Shown: piece after piece, positions 63,472-64,000 of the stretch
How positions within the stretch are numbered: position 1 is the first letter of the stretch
Layout: every line of letters begins with the position of its first letter
Assembly: GCA_963693365.1 (NCBI GenBank)
Contig: CAVNZM010000005.1
Span: 5,029,167-5,093,166 of the forward strand
Direction of reading: 5' to 3'
DNA length: 64,000 bases
DNA from: Amoebidium appalachense
Taxonomy: Eukaryota; Protista; Ichthyosporea
Made by a program: the position numbers and the translations under genes
Notes under the pieces: model-generated
Database searches by the model: none
What the model was told of the DNA's origin: nothing
The model's input: only the letters and a program-made list of their open reading frames with translations

Positions 63472-63989
63472 TTCCAAATCATTTATACTCTCCTTCACCT
63501 ACTACATGTGGTCGAATGTGCATAAGTGTTTTGGTATCCTGAAATGTTTGAACTCTAACCATGAAATGAGCACCTGACACACAACCCTTTCATGGTAACA
63601 TGTGTATTTCAATTTGTCTCAGTGCGCACAAGGCAGCAGGTAAGGCAACAGGTGACCGGTGGGGCAGTCGGAACAAGAGGAACAGAAACAGAATGAGGTC
63701 CGGCACACATGAATTTCAGAAAGCAGTTATTTTTCTTCACATTAATTATTTATTTATTTCGCCTAATTTTCTTGTCTTTTCGTGTTTTCTTCTTTTTTTT
63801 TGTTGTTGGTAGGAAAGGAGGGGGGAGGAGGGGTTGGGGTTGGGGTTGGGGTATGTGTGTGTGTGTGTGTGTGGGGGGGGGGGGGTAAAGGAGGTAGTCA
63901 AAATAGAACCCACGACAACAGTATGCAGCGAGGGGAGGGGAGGGAGTCGTTAGGGAGGAGATCACCTTTCCGTTTGACGATGAAGACAT
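54100..63989 (-). CDS. FERM-domain protein of the FRMD8 (iTAP)/KRIT1 group, about 438 aa from the ATG at 63989; may extend beyond the window
   Basis: Minus-strand exons 63989-63966, 63299-63266, 62552-62452, 60642-60570, 60256-60175, 59616-59505, 58782-58554, 57950-57867, 57127-57018, 56383-56261, 55863-55777, 55074-54891, 54173-54100, all in phase. F1: [33 protein letters not shown]2: [29 protein letters not shown]3: [29 protein letters not shown]. The C-terminal tail ends PPPRPPKK. Confidence 0.88.
55241..55372 (-). repeat. Copy of the GGGCTCTGC repeat family in a FERM-gene intron
   Basis: The reverse complement contains GCTGATGTTGCATACTTGAATATTTGCCTT...ATACTTCGTACCGTGTGCCGCATTCTAAC, matching 4730-4812. 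Confidence 0.85.
60690..61678. mobile_element. Non-autonomous DNA transposon of about 1 kb in FERM-gene intron 3
   Basis: TIRs TGACCCCGCAATGGGCGGATG are perfect for 21 bp and extend to GCAGA. TA lies on both sides (60688-60689, 61679-61680), so the empty site would read CTAG. No transposase ORF seen. Confidence 0.75.
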
Positions 63990-64000
63990 GGAGCTTTTCT

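Overview
Intron-rich eukaryotic DNA. The gene set suggests a unicellular opisthokont, probably a holozoan (inference). Almost all ORFs in the supplied track are artefacts of (CA)n/(GT)n, (CT)n and very long poly-C/poly-G tracts that fill the introns. Reading through these tracts gives five multi-exon genes with phase-consistent GT-AG junctions: an orphan gene (+, 5 exons), WDR46/UTP7 (+, 17 exons), a DHRS7-like short-chain dehydrogenase (-, 9 exons), a soluble bacterial-type class III adenylyl cyclase with GAF-like N-terminal region (+, 17 exons) and a FRMD8/KRIT1-family FERM protein (-, 13 exons in the window). Two different 5'-truncated non-LTR retrotransposons lie in the divergent SDR/cyclase intergenic region, one with a clean 9-bp TSD and poly-A tail. 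There are also three TIR-bounded non-autonomous DNA transposons, minisatellites and two dispersed repeat families. Most notable: the intron-rich bacterial-like cyclase, a 95% identical inverted copy of UTP7 exon 9 inside UTP7 intron 10, a ~195-nt poly-T-terminated repeat with compensatory base changes between its two copies (candidate structured RNA), and 3' splice sites built on (CA)n instead of a polypyrimidine tract. All calls were made by eye, with no database search.
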